Positions 24,601 through 37,128 of a stretch of 64,000 nt of DNA are shown piece by piece (within the stretch, counting starts at the first letter, position 1; each line of letters begins with the position of its first letter). The DNA comes from Asterias rubens (Eukaryota). The notes beneath the pieces were generated by a model. The model was not told where the DNA came from and ran no database searches. It saw only the letters and a list, made by a program, of their open reading frames with translations. The stretch covers positions 2,170,001 to 2,234,000 of the forward strand of contig NC_047071.1 of assembly GCF_902459465.1 (NCBI RefSeq), written 5' to 3'. A program made the translations under genes and the position numbers.

Positions 24601-27600
24601 ATACAATGCTAGAGATCATCAATTTCAATTCATTGCCTTTAGCCCTTGCCTATTTGATGGATATGTTTCATGGCTTCCATATTTTACAAAGACTTAAAAG
24701 ATTCCAACGTGATCATACATTGCTGAAAACAAAGAAGATTCCATGTGAATTACCAGAACAAAGACAAAAAGACAAAGCAAAGACCTTTAAATTAATAGAA
24801 AAGGCAATGCAATAACTACTTGCAGGAAAAAAAAAACATTTTTTGAGAGTGTATAAGCTTTTATTTTTAGTATGATTGGTATAAAGTTCTAATAATGAAA
24901 AGTCGGAGGGCAACTATTTAGTGTAAAAGTAACTGTGTTTTATTGTTTATAATTTTATCAATTTCAGTTGTGGAGAAATTGAAAGAGATGATGGAAACAA
25001 TAGAAGCTATCATGAGGGAGTTCAAAGAACAACAGAGAAAATTGTAAGTCGAGAATATTTATCCAGATACCCAGAAGAATCTTGCATCAACCTACACAAG
25101 CTTCATTCTCAATTGGAATTCCTACATTCCAACGCACTGTTTGAAACATTAAAGCCATTGGACACTTTCTGAACAGAACAAAAATTAAAAGTTCACAGAT
25201 TTACAAATAACTTACAGGGTTTACTGAAGGTAATAGTGAAAGACTTCCCTTGAAATATTATTCCATGAAATGCTTTACTTTTTGAGAATATATTTGAACA
25301 ATTATCAATTCTCGATATCGAGAATAACAGATTTATTTTAAACACATGTCATGACAAGGCGAAACGTGCGGAAACAAGGGTGGGTTTTCTCGTTATTTTC
25401 TCCCGACTCCGATGACCGATTGAGCCTTACTTTTCACAGGTTTGTTATTTTATATATAAGTTGTGATACACGAAGTGTGGGCTTTTGGACAATACTGTTT
25501 ACCAATGTTTTGCGATTGCTTTAAAGACAGTGGACACTATTGGTAATTGTCAAAGACTAGTCTTCACAGTTGGTGTACCTCAACATATGCATAAAATACC
25601 AAAACCTGTGAAAAATTTAGCTCAATCGGTCGTCGAAGTTGCGAGATAATAATGAAAGAAAAACACCCTCGTCATACAAAGTTGTGTGCTCTGTGATGCT
25701 TGATTTCGAGACCTCAAATTCTAAACTTGAGGTCTCAAAATCAAATTTGTGGAAAATTACTTCTTTCTCGAAAAGTACGTCACTTCAGAGGGAGCTGTTT
25801 CTCACAATGTTTTATACTATCAACCTCTCCCCATTACTGGTAATCAAGAAAGGTTTTATGATGATAATTATTTTGAGTAATTACCAATAGTGTCCACTGC
25901 CTTTAACTATCTTCAGTTCTTCTCAGAACCACACATTTAATACATAGCGCATTATTCTTACAACAGGAATGAAGATTTCTCTTAGTAATCATTTATAGTT
26001 TTTTTCTCTGCTTTCTCAGATATGAAGAGCTCTTTCGAGAAGAACAGACCTTGAGCCAGGAGGTGACAGCACTGGAGAAGCGTCTTGAATCCTGGGCCCA
26101 GGCTCCGCCCGTTACCATACAAACCAAACAGACTAAACCCAAACCAGTGTCTTCTGCAAGGAGCGTCATAGCAGACCTACCTCCTGAAGTGGCAGCGTTT
26201 GAGGTGAGGGGACGCATCAATGACTGAAACTGTGTATGCTCTCTGTGTAATCCCCCATTATGAAGTGCCATAAAAATCATTGTTGACATGAAAATGATCT
26301 TGCATTAAGTGACTGCAGTTGCAAAATATTAACTTGGTTTAAAGGCCCTGCAGCCGATTTCACAAAATGCTGGGATTAATCCTATCTCGAGTTAGGACGA
26401 GTAACCCATCCCAACTTAGGATGGGTTCAATGTGTCCTAACATCTTTGTCAGATATGGAATTGAACTCGTCCCAAGTCCTAAGATTAATCCTAAGTTAGG
26501 AAGAGTTTGGTGAAATTGACGGCAGGAAAAGTTTCCCTTTGCACTTGTGATGTAATAAGATATTTGCTCTAGCAATGCAACGGTCATGGGTGTGGAATCC
26601 CACCCAAGCGATTTACTTGTGGGTATTTTTTTCACAGAACTTGGGAAAGTACATCAGTATTAAGGCCGGTTTATAGTCGGTCGCCCGATGGTCGCGCGAT
26701 GGAAATCTTGCGCGCAATCCGGAGACTGAGGCCTAAAAGCCATGTCTTTTTATGATCGTGCATCAAGATTATGGACGCCCGACCATCGTGCGACCGACTT
26801 TAACTCGGCCTTTTTGGTTAAATCCAAATTATTATCTGTTTGAACCTTTGGTTACAGAGATTCTTAGTTCAGACTGGCGGACATAAAGGAGGCTGGGATG
26901 AGTACGATCAAGGAACATTCCTCAGGATAAGAAACAAATATAAGGTGAGTATCCTCATAAGAAAGTCTGAACCAATCTTGGTAGCTGTCTTCTGTTAATT
27001 TCACTGTATTTTATTTCACTTTGGCATTTACGATCAAGGTACATTCCTCAGGATAAGAAATAAACATAAGGTGAGCATTCTGATTAGAAAATCTGATCCA
27101 ATTTTTAACTAGCTGTCTTCTGTTCATTTCACTGTATTTTATATCCATTGCTTCATTTGTTAATGAGGAAAACTTGAAGAAAATGTTCGCTAGTTGTGTT
27201 TAGGAATTATAGAAACTGAAGATATACTTCAGGCATGATTCTTCTGCAGTTCTCATGCTTAATGGTCTAGGGCAAATACTAATCTCTAGCGACGCTTTTG
27301 AATTCAGGTTATTAGATAAAAAAACCTTGATAGACATTTAGCCTGTGTATTTAGCCACAGGTTATCTCGAGGTCTGAATGTTACTTCACAATTCCTGATA
27401 TTTGTATCTCTACAGGGCAAGATAGCATTCCTGGACGAGGCAGCAACCTCCATCCCAGGTCGTAATATCGTTGATGTCCGACAGCACGAGAATTGGTACC
27501 AAGAATATCTGTCCTTGATGGAGAAGAAGAAAGATGCTATACAGAAATGGAAGATTGTGAAAGAGGTTGGTTCAGTAGAAAAATTTTTCAAGGTCACCAT

Positions 27601-30556
27601 CTTTAAAGGCAGTGGACACTATTGGTAATTACTCAAAATAATTATTAGCATTAAACCTTATTTGGTAAGGAGTAATGGGGAGAGGTTGATAGTATAAAAC
27701 ATTATGAGAAACAGCTCCCTCTGAAGTAATGTAGTTTTCGAATTAATTAAATTTAAAGAATTAATTTTCCATGAATTTGATTTCCAGACCTCAGATTTAG
27801 AATTTGAGGTCTCGACATCAAGCATCTAAACGCACACAACTTCGTGTGACAAGGGTGTTTTTTTCTTTCATTGTTATCTCGCAACTTCGACGACTGATTG
27901 AGCTCAAATTGTCACAGGTTTGTTATTTTATGCATATCTTGAGATACACCAACTGTGAAGGCTAGTTGTTGACAATTACCAATAGTGTCCAGTGTCTTTA
28001 AGTAAATGTTGTATTCGTCTTAGAAGCTGTTACTTAAAAGCTGGCTATTGTTTTCAAACCAGTAAAACACAGCTCTTTTTTGATTCACTAAACAACTGCA
28101 TCTGCATACTCAAAGTGTGTACAGATGACCCTTCTGCTTAGCTCTAGATAATATTAACAACAGTTGTACTGCCTGCCTATCAAATAGGGCGAGTCAACCA
28201 TCATGATAATACTTTTTTTCCCTTAATATCTTCACTATTTCACGTACTCATTTATTACACTTTGTTTTAACCCATGCACTAAAATCTCTTCTGTCTAAGG
28301 CCCAGAAAGAGGATCTTTTAACCCAGGCAGCCGTGAATGAAGATGAATTTAAGGAGAAGGAAGAAAGGAAGGCGCAGGCCAGGGTTCGTAAACTTGAAGA
28401 AGAGAGAAGAGCGCAATCAGAGAGAATCAATGCTTGGAAGGTAAAGCAGATCTTCTTATGTAAGGGCAAGGCCGGTTTTCTTTAAAGGGCTTGGGTACTT
28501 TTTATACGCCTCAAAACACAATTGCCACATATTTACATTACTCTTACACGGTTTAAAGATAATGATGGTAGAAAGCTTCCCTTAATATTACTTGCTGAGG
28601 TGCTATTGTTTTTGAGAGATGAGTAAACAATTTCACCAAAATAATTTTTGTCTCTGTGAGACGAAATTTGTTTGAGCATGTACAACGGATTAACCAGACT
28701 CTCCTGAAACATCTCTCTGTGATTTTTACTTTTTTTTCTCAAAAACCTGACAAATAATGAAGATGAAACTTCTACTGGTGAATCATATTACATACATCTT
28801 CATTCACAGTGAGTTAGGGATTAATCTTATGGCGAAAAACTTGATCTACAAAAGGTGTCAAACCATAGAGCAGCAAAGATGCAATGACGAGCTGCCAAAA
28901 ACGAGAAAAACATAATATGCCATTTTCTTGCAGTAACTTGATTATTTTCATTTTTTTTAACAGGTTCAGAAGGAACTGAAGAAAGCTATGACAGAAGAGA
29001 AGATGATGGAGATGGAGATGAAAAAAGTCAAAGATTTTGAAAAGGAACAACAAAGAAAGGTGAGATGATGATCAAGGGCAGAACTGTTGCTTTTAAGGAG
29101 TAAGTATTTGTTTTTCAGTAAAATTAACTTTTAAGTGTGCAACAAAAGCAACTTTAAAGGCTATCTTATAACTTCCAGATGGATGTCAAGAACCGAGTCC
29201 AAGAGTACCTCCACCAAAAGCAGGAAGAAGATGCAATCCAGAGAATGGAGGAGGAGGCTAAGAAAGAAATGGAGATGGAGGAGAAGAGGGTCATAGGTCA
29301 AGTGGATGTTGCAAGATTCCAGGAGAGAGACCAACGGAAGATTGAGGAGAGACTAGCCAAGGGAAGAGCTAAGGAAGAGGAGGAGAGAAGGAAAGCAAAG
29401 AGACTAGCTAAGTTGAAGGGCCAGGTAAAGAGAGATTGAATGAATGAATTATGGAGACAAAATCTACAAAAAAAATTCACTGTAGGAGTGTAGTGAAGAG
29501 GCATAGTTTCAGTTTTCCCGCCTTGTGTGCGATCAAGCTCATTTGTACATGTAGTTTCATTTCTGGAATCCAAAATCTCTCTCCGATTCAAATTTCATTG
29601 CCGTTCTCTTATAATGACATTGTTGCTATAATGGGGATGATTTAGTCCCAGTGATCTCATACATAGATCTTTTTCAGAAATTCACAATTCATCCATTAGA
29701 AATTGGAGCAGAAATATTAATGTTGGTGGTATTGAACAGTATTGTCTCTGGTAATTGAACCCCAATTGTCTGTTTTTTTTTAATAAGTTTTTTTGGTGGG
29801 GGGGGGGTGGTGGTTCATGAATGGCTGGTGATCAAGTTTACAAGTTTACAGATCACACATGTCATTTGGGGGTGGAGTAGTAATTAAGATAATGGTATTC
29901 ATTTTGGAACTATAATTAGTCAATATTTTGTCCTTAAATTTTTACTTCATACAATTTTGTTCATTGTTGTAGGTTGAAGTGCAGGCAGAGCGTGATCCAA
30001 CGAGGTTGTATAAATTAACAAAAGGAATGAAGGAACGAATGAAAGATACATCATCGTCTGGGGGACCAGTCTTACACATGCCTCACAGGTAACGTCCATG
30101 AAAAGACTAGTACAAGTTCTAAATTATCCAATTAGTTTTTCAAAATTAATCATTTGGTGTCATGTGACCAATTTACCCATTTCACCTGGGATGTCATCAT
30201 CAGAATAATCTTAAGATGCGCCATACTGGTGGGCAATGTCACTGTGCGGGCGTTATTCAGTGAAGTGCGCATTTTAGGCGATGCAGCGTTCACACGTAAA
30301 CCCATTGCCAACCAAAATGGTGCGCATGACACGGTCGCCGCGTGTGACAAGCATGCAAGGGGTCAATAATATAGACTGTAAGACAATCAGACCTGTACGC
30401 TTCGTTTTTTTAAAGGGCAAGGGCAGCAAGGCATTTTCTCCTCGGTAAAGGAGAAAATACAGTTTAAAACTGCAGAGAGCAAAAGTTATTTTATCGAGAC
30501 TAAATCTGATTTTTCTACCCTACAGAGCCGTACCGTCATGGAGAGCAGGGTTATAA
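21659..30556 (+). CDS. CCDC112: Coiled-coil domain-containing protein 112, about 498 aa
   Basis: Exons 21659-21670 (MSSK, tentative start), 22984-23129, 23597-23718, 24499-24588, 24968-25043, 26020-26203, 26858-26944, 27416-27565, 28300-28440, 28964-29059, 29179-29424, 29973-30088, 30526-30556. Motifs LRDVKPTPEFVEKLKEMME, FLVQTGGHKGGWDEYD and RDPTRLYKLTKG...HMPHRAVPSWRAGL* match CCDC112 as recalled. Confidence 0.9.
21753..21849. mobile_element. Hairpin MITE, TAGCCCCACTTGTGTGG family, perfect 9-bp TSD
   Basis: GTTAAACTG|TAGCCCCACTTGTGTGGCCAAGG...CCTTGGCCACACAAGTGGGGCTA|GTTAAACTG. Confidence 0.85.
22122..22202. mobile_element. Perfect 34-bp hairpin MITE, TAGTTGCGAT family, 9-bp TSD
   Basis: CAACTTTTC|34-bp arm, 13-nt loop, 34-bp arm|CAACTTTTA. 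Confidence 0.85.
22300..22515 (-). mobile_element. L2-like LINE 3' fragment, decayed
   Basis: Minus strand PRTIKRYGDRAFSVIAP...LWNKLP, then TAGCGCTCTATGAATG and an AT-rich tail. Confidence 0.7.
23840..24375. repeat. Degenerate tandem array, about 117-bp unit, about 5 copies, in a CCDC112 intron
   Basis: The ACTGTTTGACCATTCAAT anchor or a variant recurs at about 23854, 23973, 24091, 24206 and 24322. Confidence 0.85.
25153..25520. mobile_element. Kolobok-like non-autonomous element (family C)
   Basis: TTAA|AGCCATTG...ATTGCT|TTAA; homologous to 49838-50201. Confidence 0.8.
25525..25902. mobile_element. Kolobok-like non-autonomous element (family A)
   Basis: TIR AGACAGTGGACACTATTGGTAAT / ATTACCAATAGTGTCCACTGCCT with TTAA on both sides. 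Confidence 0.88.
26348..26525. mobile_element. MITE, GCCGATTTCACAAA / CTAAGTTAGGA family
   Basis: Inverted ends GCCGATTTCACAAA / TTGGTGAAATTGAC; homologous copies at about 59091-59266 and 55200-55337. Confidence 0.65.
26662..26810. mobile_element. Harbinger-like MITE
   Basis: AAGGCCGGTTTATAGTCGGTCGC...GCGACCGACTTTAACTCGGCCTT inverted repeats. Confidence 0.6.
27607..27997. mobile_element. Kolobok-like element (family A)
   Basis: Same TIRs and body as 25525-25902, opposite orientation, TTAA TSD. Confidence 0.88.
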
Positions 30557-31628
30557 GCAAGGAAGATGAACGCAACTGCTGAAAGAGCATATCTGCACAA
30601 GCAATCTCTAGTATTGCTTGCTTTGATAAGTTGGTTTTACTGGCTGCTGTTAAATTGTAGAACCAGAAAGTATATAATCTGTGATGAATCATTAAAAAAA
30701 GTTAATAATTACATGTTATGCATCGATGTACTTATTGCTTCTACTACAGAGTAGAGTTTTTTTTTTTTTTTGGGGGGGCTCAAGATTTACACTTTTTGAC
30801 TGCACAGTTTCAGTATGGTCAGATCAAGGACAATATTAAAATGTTAATAATTTAGCCCATTTCGAACAGCGTACATGTATGCAAGTGGTCTGTACAATGT
30901 TTGGAAATGACTGAAAATTAATGGCAAATAATAACTTGTGTGATGAGAAGTACAGCAGCTTTGGATAGTCAAATTGCATTTTAATCCTAAGTAAAAAAAC
31001 ATTGCACTTTTTATCTGCCAAAGTTTGAATATGAGAAGCATAACTGAGTTACTCTTCCTAGATTCAGTATTCCTATGAGGAATTATTCTTCCTATGAGGA
31101 ATTATTCTTCCTGCATGTACATATTCGCTCCCGATTGTCGGCGATTTCTCAAACACTCGAGCATTTTACTCTGAAGAGTACATGTACTACTGGAATATAA
31201 GAAGCATAACTGCGGTAAATCTTATTCTTCCTGCTCAGAAGTTTCAGCGAATATCTTGAAAACCTTAACCACCTTTTTTATATTGGAAGAATACAAAGGT
31301 ATCAATGCCTCAAATTCAACAGAGGCAACTGTATCACTTCGTTTGGACTTTGTACATAAATGCACAATAATTGAGTGCACATACAAAAAATGCACCATTA
31401 ATTTGATGTACTTTTTGAACTCTCAATAAAAACATGATACAGCATACCAAGTTAGTATTTTGATCTTGTTAGGGGAAATACACTAAAAAACCACTGGAAC
31501 AATTTATAAAAAGGTAAATTTAAGGTGATCTAAAATGCCAATGGAGGGAGTGAGTGTCCACTGAAATTAGAAAGTAACTTGACCAAAATCAAAGCTGGAA
31601 ACCAAGCGAAGTTAATTTCTAATAACAT

Positions 31629-31634
31629 TTTATT
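31629..31634 (-). terminator. Probable cyclin B polyadenylation signal
   Basis: AATAAA on the minus strand about 875 nt after the stop, with TTTTAT CPE-like motifs upstream at 31702-31707 and 31960-31965. Confidence 0.55.
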
Positions 31635-32509
31635 TACAACGAACGAAAACATCACAATAATTTTTAAACTAAAATACATCAATCAATTTAAGCCGTCCTC
31701 GATAAAAAAAATTAGCTTGGACATGATCTTTCCAAAATGAAAAGGTTAAAATTTAATTTACTGAACATGAACAAGGTTGGTCTGAAGTTGTGTGGGGAAC
31801 TAACAGACCTCTGCGCAAATATATGTTAAACACAGTAAAACAAAAAATATTTAATTAATCGCAATAGACAAGGTTGAAGCCAAACTAAGGTTAACGAGTT
31901 GTGAACGTATGGAACTATTATTAAAGCTTTTGGTTGAACAACTTCAATGTGTAACTTTCATAAAACTGTAACATCGCCCCTTCATACCAGAATAGTTTGT
32001 ATTTTGAGCAATGATGAATACATGTTTAGCGCTTTTTACTTTGCTTCTAAAACCCCCCTTAGCCCTCAACATAATTCAGTTTAAAATCAGTGGATTCTGC
32101 CGAGCTGTTCAGCTTATATACATTTCATTGCACAGGCATTCATTTCAATTCAATCGATCAATACCAAGAAGAATAGTGGATAGCACCAAGACAATATTCG
32201 GATTTCGCTATAAATTTAGATTGTCTTATCCACCTTTTCTTAAGCATTGAACGCGATGTGTACCTTCTCAAACCCAAGCTATTGACATTATCAATTTCCT
32301 CTTTGCCTTAAAAAATAAACATCTATCATCCAAAACTACAGCTTTGAAGGCCATGTCAGCTCAAACTTTAAACTCTTATTAGATCGTAACTTGTGTTCTT
32401 GTAGCTGGCTTGTACTAATGGTCAACAGGCAATACTTTCAGCAATAATCAATACTACTCTATGATATACATACTATGTACAGAATGTGAAACTGCTGAGG
32501 GATCTATGC

Positions 32510-35500
32510 TCAACACGCCTGTTCAGCAAGCTCCATTACGATGGAAGACCTCAGTTCTGGGCTTGTGCTCACATTCCTGAATTTGGCGCTCGAGTACTTC
32601 TTTCTGACGGCCTGGGGAAAATGGAAATTTAGAGCCAATTAGACAAAAGATAAATGTAGTGGAAGAGAGAAAAAGATTCTCCCCAAAAAGAAATCATTCA
32701 CATGATTGTCAATTTAATGTGCATGAGAGTAGACTTTTACACAATGGACCAAAAGTACCAACAAGTTTTGTTTTTGTTAAACTGCATATCACAAGGGGTT
32801 TCTTAAGAGAAAGGAACACTTACACAATACAATATAATTTTCACAGGCTTGTTATTTTATGCTTTGATGGGATACTTCAAGTGAGGACACTGCTCTTTGA
32901 CAATTGCCAAACGTGTACCTTCCCTTTAAATCATTCTGCATTGATCACTTCAACTACACAAATGTTTCAATTTGGTGTAAGAAGCCGCAAGCCAATCTAA
33001 ACACCAAAGTTGAGGGTCACATTGAGTATCTTTAGTACCTGGAATTTTGATGTCGGTGCATTCTTGATGACGAGTGCCATCTTCTGCATGATAGGCATCA
33101 GGTGGTCCTCACTGTATGCGCTGTAATGGACTAGTGTAGAATTCTGCACAAACAAAACAATGGCACATCAAAATAATTCATTATACATGTAATTCATATC
33201 AATGTGGAACAAATAGTTAAAGGCAATGTAGTGATTAGTTGATACTGCAGAGCACACATTTTTAAAATAAGAAAAATGTTTGTTGTTAAAAATTATTCAC
33301 AGGATTTGCTTTTACATTTTATAGTAACCAGCAAACAAAACCAGGCAGTTTTTTTTTTAGTTTATCAGGTGTTTCACTTGTCCATAGATCCTTTGGATAC
33401 TTTCCAACACTGAACTACTAAAGAACACTGATTTAATTCTTTGCTCAGGATAACAAAATTTGACTCTTTGCGAGCATGCAATTTAAAGTCCTCATCAACA
33501 ACTTGAAAGTAAATGTTTGTAAAGGAAAAACAGAGTAAATGTATGAATCACTTGATATAGCTTACCCATTCTGTGTCTGGCTCAATCATCTGACTGGATA
33601 AGCACAGGGCAGCTGCGGCAATCTCTGATGGGTCATACGGGACAAATGCATATTCTGGTAGAGTTAGCTCCATCAGGTACTTGGACATGGTGTGTTTATG
33701 ACTGTCAACCTGTGGTATGAAAAGTACACACAAAAACATTCATAAATATAGGATTCTTTTAAATATTTTGTAGTTTAAGTGGCCTAGCTGAGCTAGTTAA
33801 CTTTGCATTTCACTTAGCTCCAGAAGTTTCAATGTCGGGAGCCCAAATGTACAGTATTGTCAAAAATGTATCTTTGCGATGTATTAATGGTATCAATCAC
33901 AACCAGGAAGTCATATAAAGTTAATAACAAGACACCCTGAAGTTGAACTTCAAACTCCTTTAAATGCATTGTGGTTCGGGGAACCTACTGTGCAAGATAC
34001 TTAAAGTAATATCTTACCCCTCCAGCCTTTGAGTTGCGTCTGAGGAAGTGAATGCAGAGTGGTTTGCCGAGACTGAAGTCTAGCCTCCTGAGGATATGGC
34101 ACTCCATGGAGCGAATCTGTGCCTTGGTGTAAGCGTTGTCGGTGATGTACACAAAGTCGCCAATCTCTGGTGGGTACATCTCCTCATATTTGGCTGCAAT
34201 CAGCATGGACGTCACTCCGACCAGCTGGAGTTTACTCTTGGACACGGGTTGAACCTGCAAGTAAAGGAAGGATTCGAATTTGTTAAGCTGTCTTGATATG
34301 CAACTTTCTATTTGCAAAAAAGAGGAAATAGCCGATCACACTTAATTTATGTAAAGTGTTTTTCAGTTTTCTATGGCACTGTTTTAAAAAGAAATAGAGG
34401 AACTCGGCTGATCAGCTGAAAAGTTGCATGCCTGGCTGTGTACTTGGAAACATAAAAATGCTTGAAATGTAGCAAGCACTAGAAGTGATTAGAGAAGTAA
34501 CGTGTAGTATTGCAGAAACTAGGGGGACAAAAAAAGGGGGGAAAAAAAACAACAGTTTGATTGACCACTTTTCATACCTCTAGGTATCTGTCCAGAATCT
34601 GAATGGTGAGAAAGAGAGTCTCTTGTAGAAGATTGAATCTTAGATGGACTTGGACCAACCAGTCGATGAGGATGTTGCGCATTCTCTCTGTGATTTCCTG
34701 TATCGTCATGTAGTCTGTCCTCACTTTGAATTCACGCTGTGTGGAGATAGATTCAAATGAATAAAGCATGTGTGAGACACTGTAGTGATTGATAATGCAA
34801 AATATAAATAAATAGAGAGCCACACAATACACCATAAGATTAAGATGGGGTTGCACAAATATTTTATGTTCATTAAACTTTCATGGAATACTATACTAGG
34901 TTTGGGAATATGGTATGCAATCGGAAAAACATTTAGTCAGACGTATACTGTAATTCTACAAAATGCTGGAGAATATACCTCAAGTTTTCTCATGTAGTGA
35001 TAGATGTCGTTAACAAACTCGCTGCAGAGCTGTGGGTTGTCAAAGTCATTCTTGTCAATGTCTTCCACTCCTTCCAAGAGGTTCTGTGAGAATGCTTCCA
35101 ACGCAGTATTGATATCGCTCATATCCATGGGCTCTGGTGACTGTGGTGGTTTGACCTGGAGACAAGAGGGAACAAAACCTTATTTAATATCTACATATTG
35201 TGTACATTATGCCATGTTTAAAATCAGCCTGTGTTCAATGGTTTCATCCAGCTGTAAAAAAGTTAGACCAAACTTGTTTTGTGCACACTGAATGCCAACA
35301 TTGAGTAGCAAATCGTGACATTCTGGGTTATTTTGCTCGGCTATACAATGGAAATCGTAGACTGGTTCATATGTAAACATGTTACTGAAAAGTTGTTCTT
35401 CTCACCTGTTCCATTGGTTCAACATTGAGCCCCATGACAGACTGCAGTGAACTGGTAGCCTTTGATTTAGTCATCCCTCGTTTGGGTTTAACCAACTCCT

Positions 35501-36907
35501 AAAAAAAAAGGTCACAAAAGAAAGGTTAGTTTAGGAGGAAGCAATATTTCCACTTCTGGCTATTGTTTTTAAAAATTTATAATTGCAAATGAGTCAATTA
35601 TTAATTGTTCATCTTATGTTTCCGTCTGTCTTGTCAAAACAAACAAAAAAGGAAAATATATCCACATTTTTTTGCTATGATTTTTTTTTACAAATTGATC
35701 ATTGCCAAAAGGTCAAATTTTTAATTTCAACTTGCTGTCATTGTTAAAAATTGTTTTTTATTTTGTTTTAGGAAACATCGTTATCTATCGCAGTTGGAAT
35801 CAATTTATAAGACATTTGGTGATACCTTTTTAGCTCCTGCTTGCAAGTTGTTGCGTGCCACATTGCTGATATTATCCAGGGCACCTCTTGTGCCCAGTGT
35901 TGACTTCACTCCTTTTGAGGAGGCTCTGGTGGCCATCTTGCCCATGATCCTAGAGTCGACATTCTCGCCATTCAACAGGCCCAATTTGGCATTGCCAAGA
36001 AGATTCTGAATAAAGAAAAACGATTTGCAAAAGACTAATATTAATAAGCGTCTTTTTTTAGACTACAAAAAAGTACAATTAGTAAGACCAGCTGTATCTG
36101 CTTTATTTTTCCTAAATTGTTGTTTCCTACACAAAAAAAAACAAAAAAACATTCATTTAAAAATTAAGTTGCAAGAGGGCGTTTACTTTGTAACTTAGAA
36201 AAGGAGGTTTTGCGGGTTTTGCAAGGAATTTCACTATAAATAAGTGGAATTCGGCTCGTTTTGGTGGTGTAAAATTTAAATATTTGTGGTACAAAATGTT
36301 CACTGGCATGGTTGGAGTCTTGAAATGGAACACGAACATGCCAAATTTTAAATAAATATTTTATTTATGAACAAAACTTTATTTCTTTTTATATTTGATG
36401 AAAAATTCAATAAACAAAACCCAGTTCCAACTTTTGATGACAGAATAATTTGATTTCAAACGGTTAACTGCTTACAAAACTATTTAAAAACGAGGAGACA
36501 AAAGAAAAGGTTCTTATATTATAAATCATGGCAAACTTACCACTATTTTGTGACAAAATTTGTATTAATGTGTTGTGTAAAAAAAATAAAAAGTAGGCCT
36601 AAATAAAACCAAAAAGTAAACAAATTCAAAACTAAAATTAGTTAAACTTGTATCGTCCTTCAAAAATGGCAATAAGTTACAATGAATGAGTTAACAGTAA
36701 TAAACAATCGTACCATGACCAACAAAAATAAGTCCACATGGGAAGACAAGAAAAGGTTCACCAGACAAACTTCAACATTAAAAATAATTTATTCAATCTT
36801 GAAAGCATGGTCACTGGTTTCAATGCAAATGCAATGGATGTCGAAATACATTTTTCGTTCGAAGACCCAAAAATACTTACCGTGTTTCCTCTCACTCTCA
36901 GAGACAT
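32510..36907 (-). CDS. CCNB: G2/mitotic-specific cyclin B, about 407 aa
   Basis: Exons 36907-36881, 36005-35826, 35498-35406, 35155-34979, 34736-34578, 34254-34018, 33709-33566, 33143-33039, 32611-32510; all phase 0, 1224 nt. D-box RGALDNISN; cyclin box [13 protein letters not shown]...AKYEEMYPP; HFLRRNSKA. Confidence 0.97.
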
Positions 36908-37113
36908 TTCAGCAAAATGCTATGCTTCTTCAAAACAGAAAAGAGTAGAAACCTTTCTTTAGTTAATTCTAAATAAAAGCCGTTATAGTTGACAAAATAT
37001 TTCAGGATTGCTGGGCTTTAAATCTGTAAACACGTTTCGTATAAAATGCTGATAACTCTTCGTCGTGTGTTTGTGTGCAAATGAAATCCACATTCGCTGC
37101 GCACTAAATACCT

Positions 37114-37128
37114 TTCGAAACAACCGCG
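37114..37128 (-). promoter_or_regulatory. CDE/CHR tandem element in the cyclin B promoter
   Basis: Minus strand reads CGCGG-TTGT-TTCGAA: CDE, 4-nt spacer and a CHR variant, about 210 bp upstream of the ATG. A CCAAT box (gaCCAATga) lies at 37172-37176. Confidence 0.65.
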
